In this document: piece by piece, positions 1 through 12,817 of the stretch
How positions within the stretch are numbered: the first letter of the stretch is position 1
Layout: each line of letters starts with the position of its first letter
Source of the DNA: Anaeramoeba ignava BMAN
Lineage: Eukaryota; Protista; Anaeramoebae
Direction of reading: 5' to 3'
NCBI GenBank assembly: GCA_028826165.1
Contig: JAPDFW010000119.1
Coordinates: 1-64,000, forward strand
Length of the DNA stretch: 64,000 bases
Made by a program: the position numbers and the translations under genes
Notes under the pieces: model-generated
Seen by the model: the letters and a program-made list of their open reading frames with translations, nothing else
Databases searched by the model: none
Told to the model about the DNA's origin: nothing

Positions 1-3000
1 TAGCATTAATATCAAGTCCTTTTTCAACCAAATACTTGATAACTTCTAAAGATGAATTACACTGGCAAGCAATATGTGAGAGCTGTTTGATTTTGAGTTG
101 TTTTTTCATTAATATCAATTCCTTTTTCAATCAAATATTGAATAGTTTCTATTGATGGATTGTATTGGCAAACAAAATGGAAAATTGATTCGTTTTGATT
201 TGTTTTTTCATTAATATCCATTCCTTTTTCAACCAAATATTTGATAACTTCAAGTGAAGAATTGTATTGACAAGCAATATGTAAAGCTGTTTGATCATAA
301 TTTGTTTTAGCATTAATATCAATTCCATTTTCAACTAAATATTTAATGATTTCTAATGGAGAATTTTTTTGACACACAATATGTAAAACTGTTTGATTTT
401 CAATAGTTTTAGAATTAATATCAATTCCTTTTTCAATTAAATATTTAATAACTTCAAGAGATGGATTGTATTGGCAAATAAGATGCAAAATTGTTTCATT
501 CCGAGATGTTTTTTCATTAATATTCATTCCTTTTTCAATTAAATATTTAATAACTTCAAATGATGAATTATTATATTGGCAAGCAATATGTAACGCATTT
601 TCATTCCAACTTGTTTTTGCATTAATATCAATTCCTTCATCGATCAGTAATCGAATAACTTCAATTGGATTATTGTTTTCACAAGCAATATGCAAAGCTG
701 TTTGATCTTGTTTTGATTTTTCATTAATATCAATTCCCTTCTCAATCAAATATTCAATAACTTCAATAGAAGAATGGTTTTTACAAGCAATATGCAACAA
801 TGTATAATTTTGGTTTGCTTTGGAATTAATATCAACACCTTTTTCAATCAAATATTCAATAACTTCAATAGAAGGATTATGATGAAAAGCAATATGGAGA
901 GCTGTTTCATTTTGATATGTCTTTGAATTAACACTTATTCCTTGCTCAACCAAATATTGAATAATTTCAAAGGATAAATTATGTTGACAAGCAGAATGCA
1001 AAGTTGTTTCATTAGAATTTGTTTTGGCATTTATATTTGCTCCTTTGGAAATCAAATATTGAATAACTTCAAGTGATGTGCTATATTGACAAGTAAAATG
1101 TAAAACTGTTTCATTTCGTGTTGTTTTGGCATTAACATCCATTCCTTTTTCAATTAAATATTTGATCACGTCAAATGAGATGTTATATAAGCACGCAAAA
1201 TGTAAAGCTGTTTGATTCCGTTTTGTTCTTGCATGAATATTAATTCCTTTTTCAATCAAATATTGAATAACTTCAATTTTAGTTTTATACAAACAAGCAA
1301 AATGTAAAGCTGTTTCATTTTGATTTGTTTTTGCATTAATATCTATTCCTTTTTCAATTAAATATTCAATAACTTCTAATTCTGGTTTGTATTGGCAAGC
1401 TAAATGCAAAGCTGTTTCATTTTGAGTCATTTTTGAATTAATATCAATTCCTTTTCAATCAAATATTTAATAACTTCAAGAGATTGATTTTGATGTTGAC
1501 AAGCATAATGTAAAACTGTTTCATTTTGATTCGTTTTAGCATTAATATCAACTCCTTTTGAAATCAAATATTTAATAATTTCAAGTGATGAATTGTTTTG
1601 ATTTTGGCAAGCTAAATGTAAAGCTATTTGATTTTTATTTGTTTTAGCATTAATATCAACTCCTTTTTCAATTAAATATTCAATAATTTTAAGAGATGTA
1701 ATATATTGGCAAGCAAAATGTAAAGCTGTTTCATTTTGATTTGTTTTAGCATTAATATCAACTCCTTTTTCAATTAAATATTGAATAATTTCAAGTGATG
1801 AATTGTTTTGATTTTGGCAAGCAAAATGTAAAACTGTTTGATTTTGATTTGTTTTAGCATTAATATCAATTCCTTTTTCAATTAAATACTGAATAACTTC
1901 AAGAGATGTAATATATTTGCAAGCAAAATGTAAAATTGTTTGATTTTGATTTGTTTTAGCATTAATATCAACTCCTTTTTCAACTAAATATTTTATAACT
2001 TCAAGAGATGAATTATTTTCACATATATAATGTAAAATTGTTTCTTGATCAATTGTTTTTGAATTAATATCAATTCCCTTTTCAACTAAATATTTAATAA
2101 CTTCAAGTGATGAATTGTTTTGACAAGCATAATGTAATGGTGTTTGGTTTGTATATGATTTCTCATTGATATTAATTCCTTTTTCAACTAAATATTTAAT
2201 AACTTCAAGTGAATTATTTTTACATGCATAATGTAAAACTGTTTCATTAAAATTTGTTTTAGCGTTAATATCAACACCTTTTTCAATCAGATATTTGATA
2301 ACTTCAAGTGATGAATTATTTTGACAAGCTAAATGTAAAATTGTTTTATTTTCATTTGTTTTAGCATTAATATCAACATCTTTTTCAATCAAATATTTGA
2401 TAACTTCAACTGAATTTTTTTGGCATGCATAATGTAAAACTGTTTCATTAAAATTTGTTTTAGAATTAATATAAACACCTTTTTCAATCAAATATTTAAT
2501 AACTTCAAGTGAATTCTTTTGACAAGCTAAATGTAAAATTGTTTTATTTTCTTTTGTTTTTGAATCAATATCAACACCTTTTTCAATCAAATATTTAATA
2601 ACTTCAAGTGAATTTTTGTGACATGCTAAATGTAAAATTGTTTGATTAAAGTTTGTTTTAGAATTAATATCAACACCTTTTTCAATCAAATATTTAATAA
2701 CTTCAAGTGAATTCTTTTTACATGCAAAATGTAAAATTGTTTCATTATGAATTGTTTTAGCATTAATATCTATTTCTTTTTCAATTAAATACTTGATAAC
2801 TTCAAGTGATGAATTCTTTTTACAAGCAAAATGTAAAATTGTTTCATTAGATTTTGTTTTTGCATTAATATCAATTCCTTTTTCAATTAAATATTGAATA
2901 ACTTCAAGAGATGAATTGTTTTTGCATGCAAAATGTAAAGCTGTTTCATTATGAATTGTTTTAGAATTAATATCTATTCCTTTTTCAACTAAATATTTAA

Positions 3001-3346
3001 TAACTTCAAGTGAATTATATTGACATGCATAATGAAATGGTGTTTTTGTTTTTTTATCTTTTGAGTTAATTGAAATTCCTTTTGAAATGAAATATTCAAT
3101 AATTTCAATTTGGGATTTATTTATAATTGAAATGTGTAATAAATTTCTTTCTTTTTCATCTTTTAAATTGATATTTATTCCTTTTGAAATTAATAATTCA
3201 ATTATTTCTTTGGAAACTTTTTTTTGAATTGCAAATTTAATTATTTTTTCTTTTTCTTCTTCTTCTAAAATTGATTTGATTTCTTTTAATTTGTAAATTT
3301 CTTCTTTTTCAATTATTTCATAAATGTTTTCATTATTATTATTCAT
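1..3346 (-). CDS. Long ankyrin-repeat protein (>30 repeats), tandem paralog of the ankyrin-BTB gene at 3950-7778; runs off the left edge; two 1-nt frameshifts (~1452 and ~77)
   Basis: ORFs 1427..3346 and 57..1430 are continuous repeats of KTxxxxTxLHxACxxxxSLEVIKYLIEKGxDINA. At ~1452 the run reads CCTTTTCAATC (4 T) versus 5 T in the other repeats. At ~77 one extra base breaks ALHIAC, after which HIACQCNSSLEVIKYLVEKGLDINA resumes to position 1. The N-terminus MNNNNENIYEIIEKEE matches that at 7778. Confidence 0.9.
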
Positions 3347-3507
3347 TTTAAAAATGAAAAAAAATGAAAAAAAATGAAAAAAATAATTTTGATTTTTTTT
3401 ATTCTTTCAAAAATTATTCTTTTTAAATATTCTTTTTAAATATTATTTTTAAATATTCTTTTTAAATATCCTTTTTAAATATTCTTTTTAAATATTCTTT
3501 CTTTTTA

Positions 3508-3595
3508 ATTAAATTGTGAATTTAAATTTAATTGATAATAATCTTTTAATTCTTCAAATTCTTCATTATTAATATTTTCTTTTTCATTTTCTTTT
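3508..3595 (-). repeat. Duplicated 3'-end fragment of the ankyrin-BTB gene (ENEKENINNEEFEELKDYYQLNLNSQFN*)
   Basis: Near-identical to 3950-4040 and embedded in a (TTTTTAAATATTC)-like low-complexity tract. Confidence 0.85.
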
Positions 3596-3949
3596 TAAAT
3601 ATTTCTTTTTAAATACTCTTTTTAAATATCCTTTTTAAATATTTTTTTAATTATTCTTTTCTTTTTAATTTTTAAATATTGAATTCTTTTTAAAAATTTA
3701 AATATTATTTTTAAATATTCTTTTTAATTATTCTTTCAAATTTAAATTTGAATTAAAATTTAATTTTAAATCTTTTAATTTTTAAATATTCTTTCTTTTT
3801 AAATATTATTTTTAAATATTCTTTCTTTTTAAATATTATTTTTAAATATCCTTTTTAAATTTTCTTTTTAAATATTCTTTTTAAATATTCTTTTTAAATA
3901 TTATTTTTAAATATTATTTTTAAATATTCTTTTAAATTATTCTTTTATT

Positions 3950-6900
3950 TTAATTAAATTGTGAATTTAAATTTAATTGATAATAATCTTTTAATTCTTC
4001 AAATTCTTCATTATTAATATTTTCTTTTTCTTTTTCTTTTTCAAATTCATCATGATAAAGAAAATAAATAAATTGTTGAATTGTTTTAAATGATTTTCTT
4101 GAATAATCATGAACTTGATTTGATGAATCATTAACACTTAAAAACATTCCTTTAAATAATTCACTTCTTAATATTAATATTAATTTATCAACTTTAATTT
4201 CTTTTTCTTCAACAATTATTGTAAAATCTTTTGTTTCATTTTGTTGATATAATTTTGATAAATCTTTGATTATTCCTTTTCTTCTTTTTTTACTTTCAAT
4301 CCAATTTGAATTAATTCCAATTTCTTCAAAAAATTGTTTAATTTTTGTTTCATTTTCTTCAATTTCTTTTAATACTCTTGTTTCTTCTTGATAAATTCTC
4401 ATTCCCCAAAAACTTATTCTTCGATTTTGATTTTGATTAATTTGATTTTGATTAAATTGATAATTTAATTTTTCAATAATTTGTTTAAAATTAGGAAATC
4501 CAGTATAAATAAAATTAAGAATATTTTCAACTTCTTCTTTGGTTTTTTGAAAACAATTATCAATAAATTTTTGTAAAATTGAATTATCATTATCAAATCT
4601 TGTTAATAAAATTAATTTATGAACTTTAAATTTAAATGAATCATTTGTTCTAATTTCAAAATCTGAAAAATTATCATTTGAATTTAATAAATTGTTTAAA
4701 TCTTGATTAATTGAATAAATTTTTAAAAATGAATCAATAAATTCTTTTTTAATTTCATCTTTTTGTAAATCATAAATATCAACTTCATTTTTTAATAAAA
4801 TTTCAATTAATTTTATATTTTCATTTTTGATTGCTAATGAAAGTGGAGTTTGATTAAAATTTGTTTTTGTGTTAACATCAACTCCTTTGGAAATCAAATA
4901 TTCAAAAACTTCAAAAGATGAATTATAGTAACAAGCAATATAAAAGGGTGTTTCATTTGAATTTGTTTTTGCATTAATATCAGCTCCTTTTTCAACTAAA
5001 TATTTAATAACTTCAAATACATTATTGTAATGACAAGCAATATGTAAAACTGTTTGATTTTCATTTGTTTTAGTGTTGATGTCAGCTCCTTTTTCAACTA
5101 AATATTTAATAGTTTCAAATGATGGAATATAATATTGACAAAGTGTATGTAAAGCTGTTTTATTTTGATTAGTTATTGCATTAATATCAATTCCTTTTTC
5201 AACTAAATATTGAATAATTTCAAGAGATGGTTTATATTGACAAAGTAAATGTAAAGCTGTTTGATTTCGATCTGATTTTGCATTAATATCAATTCCTGTT
5301 TCAATTAAATATTTAATAACTTCAAAAGATGGATTATATTGACAAGTAATATGTAAAGCTGTTTGATTTTGACTTGTTTTGGCATTAATATCAATTCCTT
5401 TTTCAACCAAGTATTGAATAATTTCTATTTGAGTATTTTTTTCACAAATAATATGTAAAGCTGTCTTGTTTTGAACTGTTTTAGCATTAATATCAATTCC
5501 TTTTTCAATTAAGTATTTAATAACTTCAAGAGGTTTATCTTTCATACAAACAAAATGTAAAGCTGTCTGATTTTGATTTGTTTTAGCATTAATATCAATT
5601 CCTTTTTCAACTAAATATTTAATAACTTCAAGAGATAAATTATTTTGACAAGCTAAATGTAGACATGTTTTTTTTTGGTTTGTTTTAATATTAATATTAA
5701 TTCCTCTTGAAATCAAATATTTAATAGTTTCAAAAGATGAAATGAATTGACAAGCGAAATGTAAAGCTGTTTCGCCATGACTTGTTTTAGCATGAATATT
5801 CGTTCCTTTTTCAACTAGATATCTGATAACTTCAAGTATATTGTTATGTTGGCAAGCAATATGTAAAGCTGTTTCATTTTTTTTTGTTCTACCATTAATA
5901 TTAATTCCTTTTTCAACCAAATATTTAATAACTTCTATTTTTTGTTTATATTCGCAAGCAACATGTAAAACTGTTTCGTTTTGATTTGTTTTTGCATTAA
6001 TATCAATTCCTTTTTCAATTAAATATTGAATAACTTCAAGAGATGGAATATATTTGCAAGCGAAATGTAAAGCTGTTTCATCATAATTTGTTTTAGCATT
6101 AATATCAATTCCATTTTCAACTAAATATTTAATAACTTCAAGAGATGGAATATATTTGCAAGCTAAATGTAAAGCTGTTTCATCATAATTTGTTTTAACA
6201 TTAATATCAATTCCATTTTCAACTAAATATTTAATAACTTCAAGAGATTGATGTTGATGTTGACAAGCATAATGTAAAACTGTTTCATTTTGATTTGTTT
6301 TAGAATTAATATCAACTCCTTTTTCAATTAAATATTTGATAACTTCAAGTGAATCCTTTTGACAAGCTAAATGTAAAGCTGTTTCATTTTGATTTGTTTT
6401 TGAATTAATATCAACTCCTTTCTCAATTAGATATTTGATAACTTCAAGTGAATTCTTTTGACATGCTAAATGCAAAGCTGTTTTCCTTTGATTTGTTTTT
6501 GAATTGATATCAGCACCTTTCTCAATTAGATATTTAATAACTTCATGTGAATTCTTTTTACAAGCTAAATGTAAAGCTGTTTTCCTTTGATTTGTTTTTG
6601 AATTGATATCAACTCCTTTCTCAACTAAGTATTTAATAATTTCAAGTGGTGAATTATTTCGACAAGATAAATGTAAAGTTGTTTGATCATGAATTGTTTT
6701 GGAATTAATATCGACTCCTTCTTCAATCAGATATTTGATAACTTCAAGTGAATTATATTGGCAAGCATAATGTAAAATTGTTTGCTTTTGATTTGTTTTT
6801 GCATTAATATCAACACCTTTTTCAATCAAATATTTGATAACTTCAAGTGAATTATATTGACAAGCTATATGTAAAGCTGTTTGATTTTGAATTGTTTTCG

Positions 6901-7778
6901 CATTAATATCTATTCCTTTCTCAATTAAATATTTGATAACTTCAAGTGAATTTTTGTGACAAGCTAAATGTAAAACTGTTTTATTTTCATTTGTTTTTGT
7001 GTTAATATCAACTCCTTTTTCAATCAAATATTTAATAACTTTAAGTGAATTTTTTTGACATGCAAAATGTAAAATTGTTTCATTTTCATTTGTTTTAGCA
7101 TTAATATCAACACCTTTCTCAATCAAATATTTGATAACTTCAAGTGAATTATATTGACATGCATAATGTAAAACTGTTTCATTTTCATTTGTTTTAGAAT
7201 TAATATCTATTCCTTTTTCAACTAAATATTTAATAACTTTAAGTGAATTCTTTTGACATGCATAATGTAAAACTGTTTCATTTTCATTTGTTTTAGAATT
7301 AATATCTATTCCTTTTTCAATCAAATATTTAATAACTTCAAGAGATGAATTGTTTTTACAAGCATAATGTAAAATTGTTTTATTTTCTTTTGTTTTTGCA
7401 TTAATATCAATTCCTTTTTCAATCAGATATTTAATAACTTCAACTGAATTATATTGACATGCATAATGAAATGGTGTTTTTGTTTTTTTATCTTTTGAGT
7501 TAATTGAAATTCCTTTTGAAATGAAGTATTCAATAATTTCAATTTGGGATTTATTTATAATTGAAATGTGTAATAAATTTCTTTCTTTTTTATCTTTTAA
7601 ATTGATACTTATTCCTTTTGAAATTAATAATTCAATTATTTCTTTGGAAACTTTTTTTTGAATTGCAAATTTAATTATTTTTTCTTTCTTCTTCTTCTAA
7701 AATTGATTTGATTTCTTTTAATTTGTAAATTTCTTCTTTTTCAATTATTTCATAAATATTTTCATTATTATTATTCAT
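3950..7778 (-). CDS. Ankyrin-repeat protein (~28 repeats) with C-terminal double BTB/POZ-like module; intronless; 2-nt homopolymer deletion near 7685
   Basis: ORF 3950..7324 extends upstream in frame. The ATG at 7778 matches the paralog start at 3346. C-terminus contains FSDFEIRTNDSFKFKVHKLILLTR and KDFTIIVEEKEIKVDKLILILRSELFKGMFLSVNDSSNQVHDYS...YYQLN (BTB signatures). Confidence 0.9.
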
Positions 7779-7873
7779 TTTAAAAATGATAAAAAAATGA
7801 AAAAAAATGAAAAAAATAATTTTGATTTTTTTTATTCTTTCAAAAAAAAAAAAACAAATTTAAATTTTAAACT

Positions 7874-10800
7874 TTAAAGATCAAATTTTTCATCTCCATT
7901 TGATTGTTCATCTGGAGAATTTGAAATAAAATCTTCATCTAAATCATCTTGTAGATCACTAAAATAAGTTGAAATTATTTCTTGAGATTTTTTTGAAATT
8001 TCTTCATTTGGATGTTTTAGAAGATTTTCAATAAGTGGAAGAGCTCCTCCTTCTTCAATAGTATCTGCATAAGGATTTTGCTCATCCATTGAATTTTTTC
8101 CAATTTCAAGAATTGACTGTAAAGCTTCTAAACTAATCATAAGAATTTCTTTGTCTGTGTTTGTTAATAAATCACAGATAGGATTAATTGCTCCTTGATC
8201 AACAATATATCTAAAAAATAAAATTAAATTAAAATAAATTGATTAATTTTTTTTGAACTAGCAAAAAAAAAATTTGAACTAGCAAAAAAATTGTTTTGAG
8301 AACAAACCGAATCTGGTCAGGATTTGCTCCTGTAATTGCATTTGAGACTGCCCATGATGCTTCTTTTTTTACTTCAAAAACATCTGTAGAAAGAATTGTG
8401 ATTAAACGTTGAATTAAATCAGGAATTTCAAGAACTTTTTGGATTTGGAGTTCTGTTCCAGCAGTGATATTGGATATTATCCAACAAACTTCTTTGCGAA
8501 GAGAAACTCGAGAATGTTTTAAAAGATTGACCAATGTAGGAAGTGGATTATAACTCAATACATCATCTGTTTGTTCGTCTTTTCCAGTTACAACATTTCC
8601 AAGAAGTCTTAAAACTGGAGTGAGTAATTTAAGATTATTAGTTCTAAATTTTGATAAGAAATTGAGAGGAAAAAAAAAATTTTTTTTTTTGAACCAAATT
8701 GAGTTTGACATTCTTTTTTTTTTTGAAAATAATATTAGTTTTAATTTTACGTTAAAAGTTCCATAACACGAGGTAAAATTCCAGCTTGAACACAAAATTC
8801 AATTTCATCATCATCACCATTTGTCATATAAGCCAAAGCCCAAGAAGAATCAATAACAGTTTCGATTTCATCAAGATTTATGAGTTTTTCGAGATAAGGA
8901 AGAGCTTTTGCAATCTAAAATGTAAATAAATATTATTTATATTTATATTTATATTTATATTTATATTTATATTTATATTTATATTTATAATTATATTTAT
9001 ATTTATATTTATATTTATATTTATATTTATATTTATATTTATATTTATATTTATATTTATATTTATATTTATATTTATATTTATATTTATATTTATATTT
9101 ATATTTATATTTTAATTATATTTATATTTATATTTATATTTATTTATATTTATATTTATATTTATATTTATATTTATATTTATATTTATATTTATATTTA
9201 TATTTATATTTATATTTATATTTATATTTTATATTTATATTTATATTTATATTTATATTTATATTTATATTTATATTTATATTTATATTTATATTTATAT
9301 TTATATTTGATTTATATTTATAATTATATTTATATTTATATTTATATTTATATTTATATTTATATTTATATTTATATTTATATTTATATTTATATTTATA
9401 TTTATATTTATATTTATATTTATATTTATATTTATATTTATATTTATATTTATATTTATATTTATATTTATATTTATATATTTATAGATTTAGATTTATA
9501 ATTATATTTATATTTATATTTATATTTATAATTATATTCAATTTATATTTATATTTATATTTATATTTATATTTATATACTAATGGAAATGTTGGTTTGG
9601 GTTTTCCTCGAATTAAATTGGAAATTGCCCAAGCTGAATTTTGAATTATTCCTGGATTAGATGTTTGATCTAAAATATTCAAAATTTTTTCTAAAGTTCC
9701 AAGTTGTAAAAGTTCATCACGATATTCAATTCGATCTCCTGCAATATTTCCAATTGCCCAAATTGACTTTTTTTTTGTTTAAAAAAAAAAAAGATAAAAA
9801 TTTCCCAATAAAATTATTAAAGATTGTTTTGTTTTTCCATCTTAAAATTCAATCCAAAAAAAAAATACTTGTTCTTGAACATTTTCATCTTGAAAAGAAA
9901 GTAAATTTGCAAATATTGTTATTGCATTTGCTTGAACAACAATTTGTGTTTGTTCTTTTGTTCCTGAAGCTATATTTGTTAAAATCCAAGCTGCTTCAAA
10001 CTATTATCATTTTAATTTTCATTATAATTTTAATATTAATTTTAATTTTAATTTTAATTTTAATTTCAATTTTGATTTTAATTTTAATTTTGATTTTAAT
10101 TTTAATTTAAATTTTAATTTTAATTTTAATTTAAATTTTAATTTTAATTTTAATTTTAATTTTAAATTTAATTTTAATTTTTTAAATTTTAATTTTAATC
10201 CAAAAATATTTTGTTTTTAAATTACATTTTAATTTTAATTTTAAAATTTAAATTTTAATTTTGATTTTTAATTTTAATTTTTAATTATAATTTCAATTTT
10301 AATTTAATTTCAATTTTAATTTTGAATTTTATTTTTAATTTTAAATTTTGATTTCAATTTTAATTTAAATTTTAAATTTTAATTTTGATTTTAATTTTAA
10401 TTTTAATTTTAATTTTAATTTTAATTTTAATTTTAATTTTAATTTGATTTTAATTTTAATTTTAATTTTAATTTTAATTTCAATTTTAATTTTAATTTTA
10501 ATTTTAATTTTAATTTTGATTTTAATTTTAATTTTTAAATTTTGATTTCAATTTTAATTTAAATTTTAAATTTAATTTTGATTTTAATTTTAATTATAAT
10601 TTTAATTTTAATTTTAATTTTAATTATAATTTTAATTTTGATTTTGATTTTAATTTTAATTTTGATTTTAATTTTAATTTTAATTTTAATTTTAATTTTA
10701 ATTTTAATTTTAATTTTGATTATAATTTTAATTTCAATTTTAATTTTAATTTTAATTTTAATTTTAATTTTGATTATAATTTAAATTTTAATTTTAATTT

Positions 10801-11393
10801 TAATTTTAATTTTGATTTTGATTTTGATTTTAAATTTTAATTTTAATTTTAATTTCAAATAAAAAAGGAAAAAAAATACAATAATTTTGGGATCTTTTGA
10901 ATTTAAAAGTAAATTAGCTAAAACTGGAGTAATTCCAGTATCAACAATTTCTTTAATTGGTGGTTGAATTTCAACAGAAATTATTTTCCTAATTTTAACA
11001 AGAGCAAATTTCAAATCTTCTAAATTATCACCCATTATTGCATCAATATAATTTTGAAGATATTGCATCTTATAAATTAAAAGAGAAAAAAAAATAAAAC
11101 AAAAAAAAAATATTTTGAATTATAATAATAGTTTCCAAAATGAATATCAATGAATCGAAATATTTATAAAATACATGTTCGCGAAGAAATTCAAGATCAT
11201 CAATATCTTCATCAGAATCACTACTTTCATTTGAATATTGAATATTTGTGAATCTTTTCTTCATTAATTGTTCTTCTCTCTTTGTTTTGCTGATTTGAAT
11301 TGCTTGTTGAAGACGCTTGTTTCTTGTTTCATTGAAATCAAATTTTTTTTTGTATTGACTGTGTCTTTTTGCTAATCTTTCACGAAAACTCAT
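7874..11393 (-). CDS. KPNA: Importin subunit alpha (karyopherin alpha), 7 exons: 11393-11175, 11068-10880, 10000-9869, 9766-9581, 8914-8751, 8643-8308, 8210-7874
   Basis: IBB-like N-terminus ([24 protein letters not shown]). ARM repeats [62 protein letters not shown]. All six introns are GT-AG and keep frame. Confidence 0.95.
8935..9577. repeat. (TATTTA)n microsatellite filling an importin-alpha intron
   Basis: Direct reading; source of the spurious YIYIYI ORF. Confidence 0.95.
10010..10857. repeat. (ATTTTA/ATTTTG)n microsatellite filling an importin-alpha intron
   Basis: Direct reading; source of the spurious ILILIL ORFs. Confidence 0.95.
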
Positions 11394-11509
11394 TATTTTT
11401 ATTTTTTTTTACACACAGAAAAAAAAAATTTATAAGAAAAAAAATGATTTTTAATTCTTGTTAAAAAAAATTGTGTTTTTTTTTCCTTTTCTTTTTCAAA
11501 CAAATTTTA

Positions 11510-12747
11510 AATCAAATTGAATCAAATTAAATCATTAAATTAAATCAAATTAATTTAAATCAAATCAAATCAAAATCAAATCAAATTAAATTAAATTAAA
11601 TTAAATCAAATTAAATAAAATCAAATTAATTTAAATCAAATTAAATTATTAAATCCAATTAAATAAAATCAAATTAAATCAAATTAAACTAAATTAAATT
11701 AAATTAAATTAAATTAAATTAAATCAAATTAAATCAAATTAAATCAAATTAAATTAAATTAAATCAAATTAAATTATTAAATTAAATCAAATTAAATTAA
11801 ATTAAATTAAATCAAATTAAATTAAATCAAATTAAATCAAATTAAATTAAATTAAATTAAATTAAATTAAATTAAATTAAATTAAATCAAATTAAATTAA
11901 ATTAAATCAAAATAAATTAAATTAAATTAAATTAAATTAAATTAAATTAAAAATTAAATTAAATTAAATTAAATTAAATTAAATTAAATTAAATTAAATT
12001 AAATTAAATTAAATTAAATTAAATTAAATTAAATTAAATTAAATTAAATTAAATCAAATTAAATTAAATTAAATCAAATTAAATTAAATTAAATCAAATT
12101 AAATTAAATCAAATCAAATCAAATTAAATCAAATTAAATTAAATTAAATTAAATTAAATCAAATTAAATTAAATTAAATCAAATTAAATAAAATTAAATT
12201 AAATTAAATTAAAATTAAATTAAATTAAATTAAATCAAATCAAATTAAATTAAATCAAATTAAATTAAATTAAATTAAATTAAATTAAATTAAATTAAAT
12301 CAAATTAAATTAAATCTAAATCAAATTAAATTAAATTAAATTAAATCAAATTAAATTAAATCAAATTAAATTAAATTAAATCAAATTAAATTAAATTAAA
12401 TTAAATTAAATCAAATTAAATTAAATCAAATTAAATCAAATTAAATTAAATTAAATTAAATTAAATCCAAATCAAATCAAATTAAATTAAATTAAATCAA
12501 ATTAAATTAAATTAAATCAAATTAAATTAAATTAAATTAAATTAAATTAAATTAAATTAAATTAAATTAAAATTAAATTAAATTAAATTAAATTAAATCA
12601 AATTAAATTAAATTAAATTAAATCAAATTAAATTAAATTAAATCAAATCAAATTAAATTAAATCAAATTAAATTAAATTAAATCAAATTAAATCAAATCA
12701 AATTAAATCAAATCAAATCAAATCAAATTAAATTAAATTAAATTAAA
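11510..12747. repeat. (AATTA/AATCA)n pentamer satellite, ~1.2 kb, intergenic
   Basis: Direct reading. Confidence 0.95.
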
Positions 12748-12817
12748 ATGTTTAAATAAATTTGTAAAAAAAATTGCTGGAAATGTTTAATTAAAAAATT
12801 ATAGAAAAAAATCAAAA

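Noticed and set aside
3460-3860. ATATCCTTTT matches resembling U12 AT-AC 5' splice sites
   Set aside because: They lie in an intergenic low-complexity tract on the strand opposite the flanking genes, with no exon context or branch point
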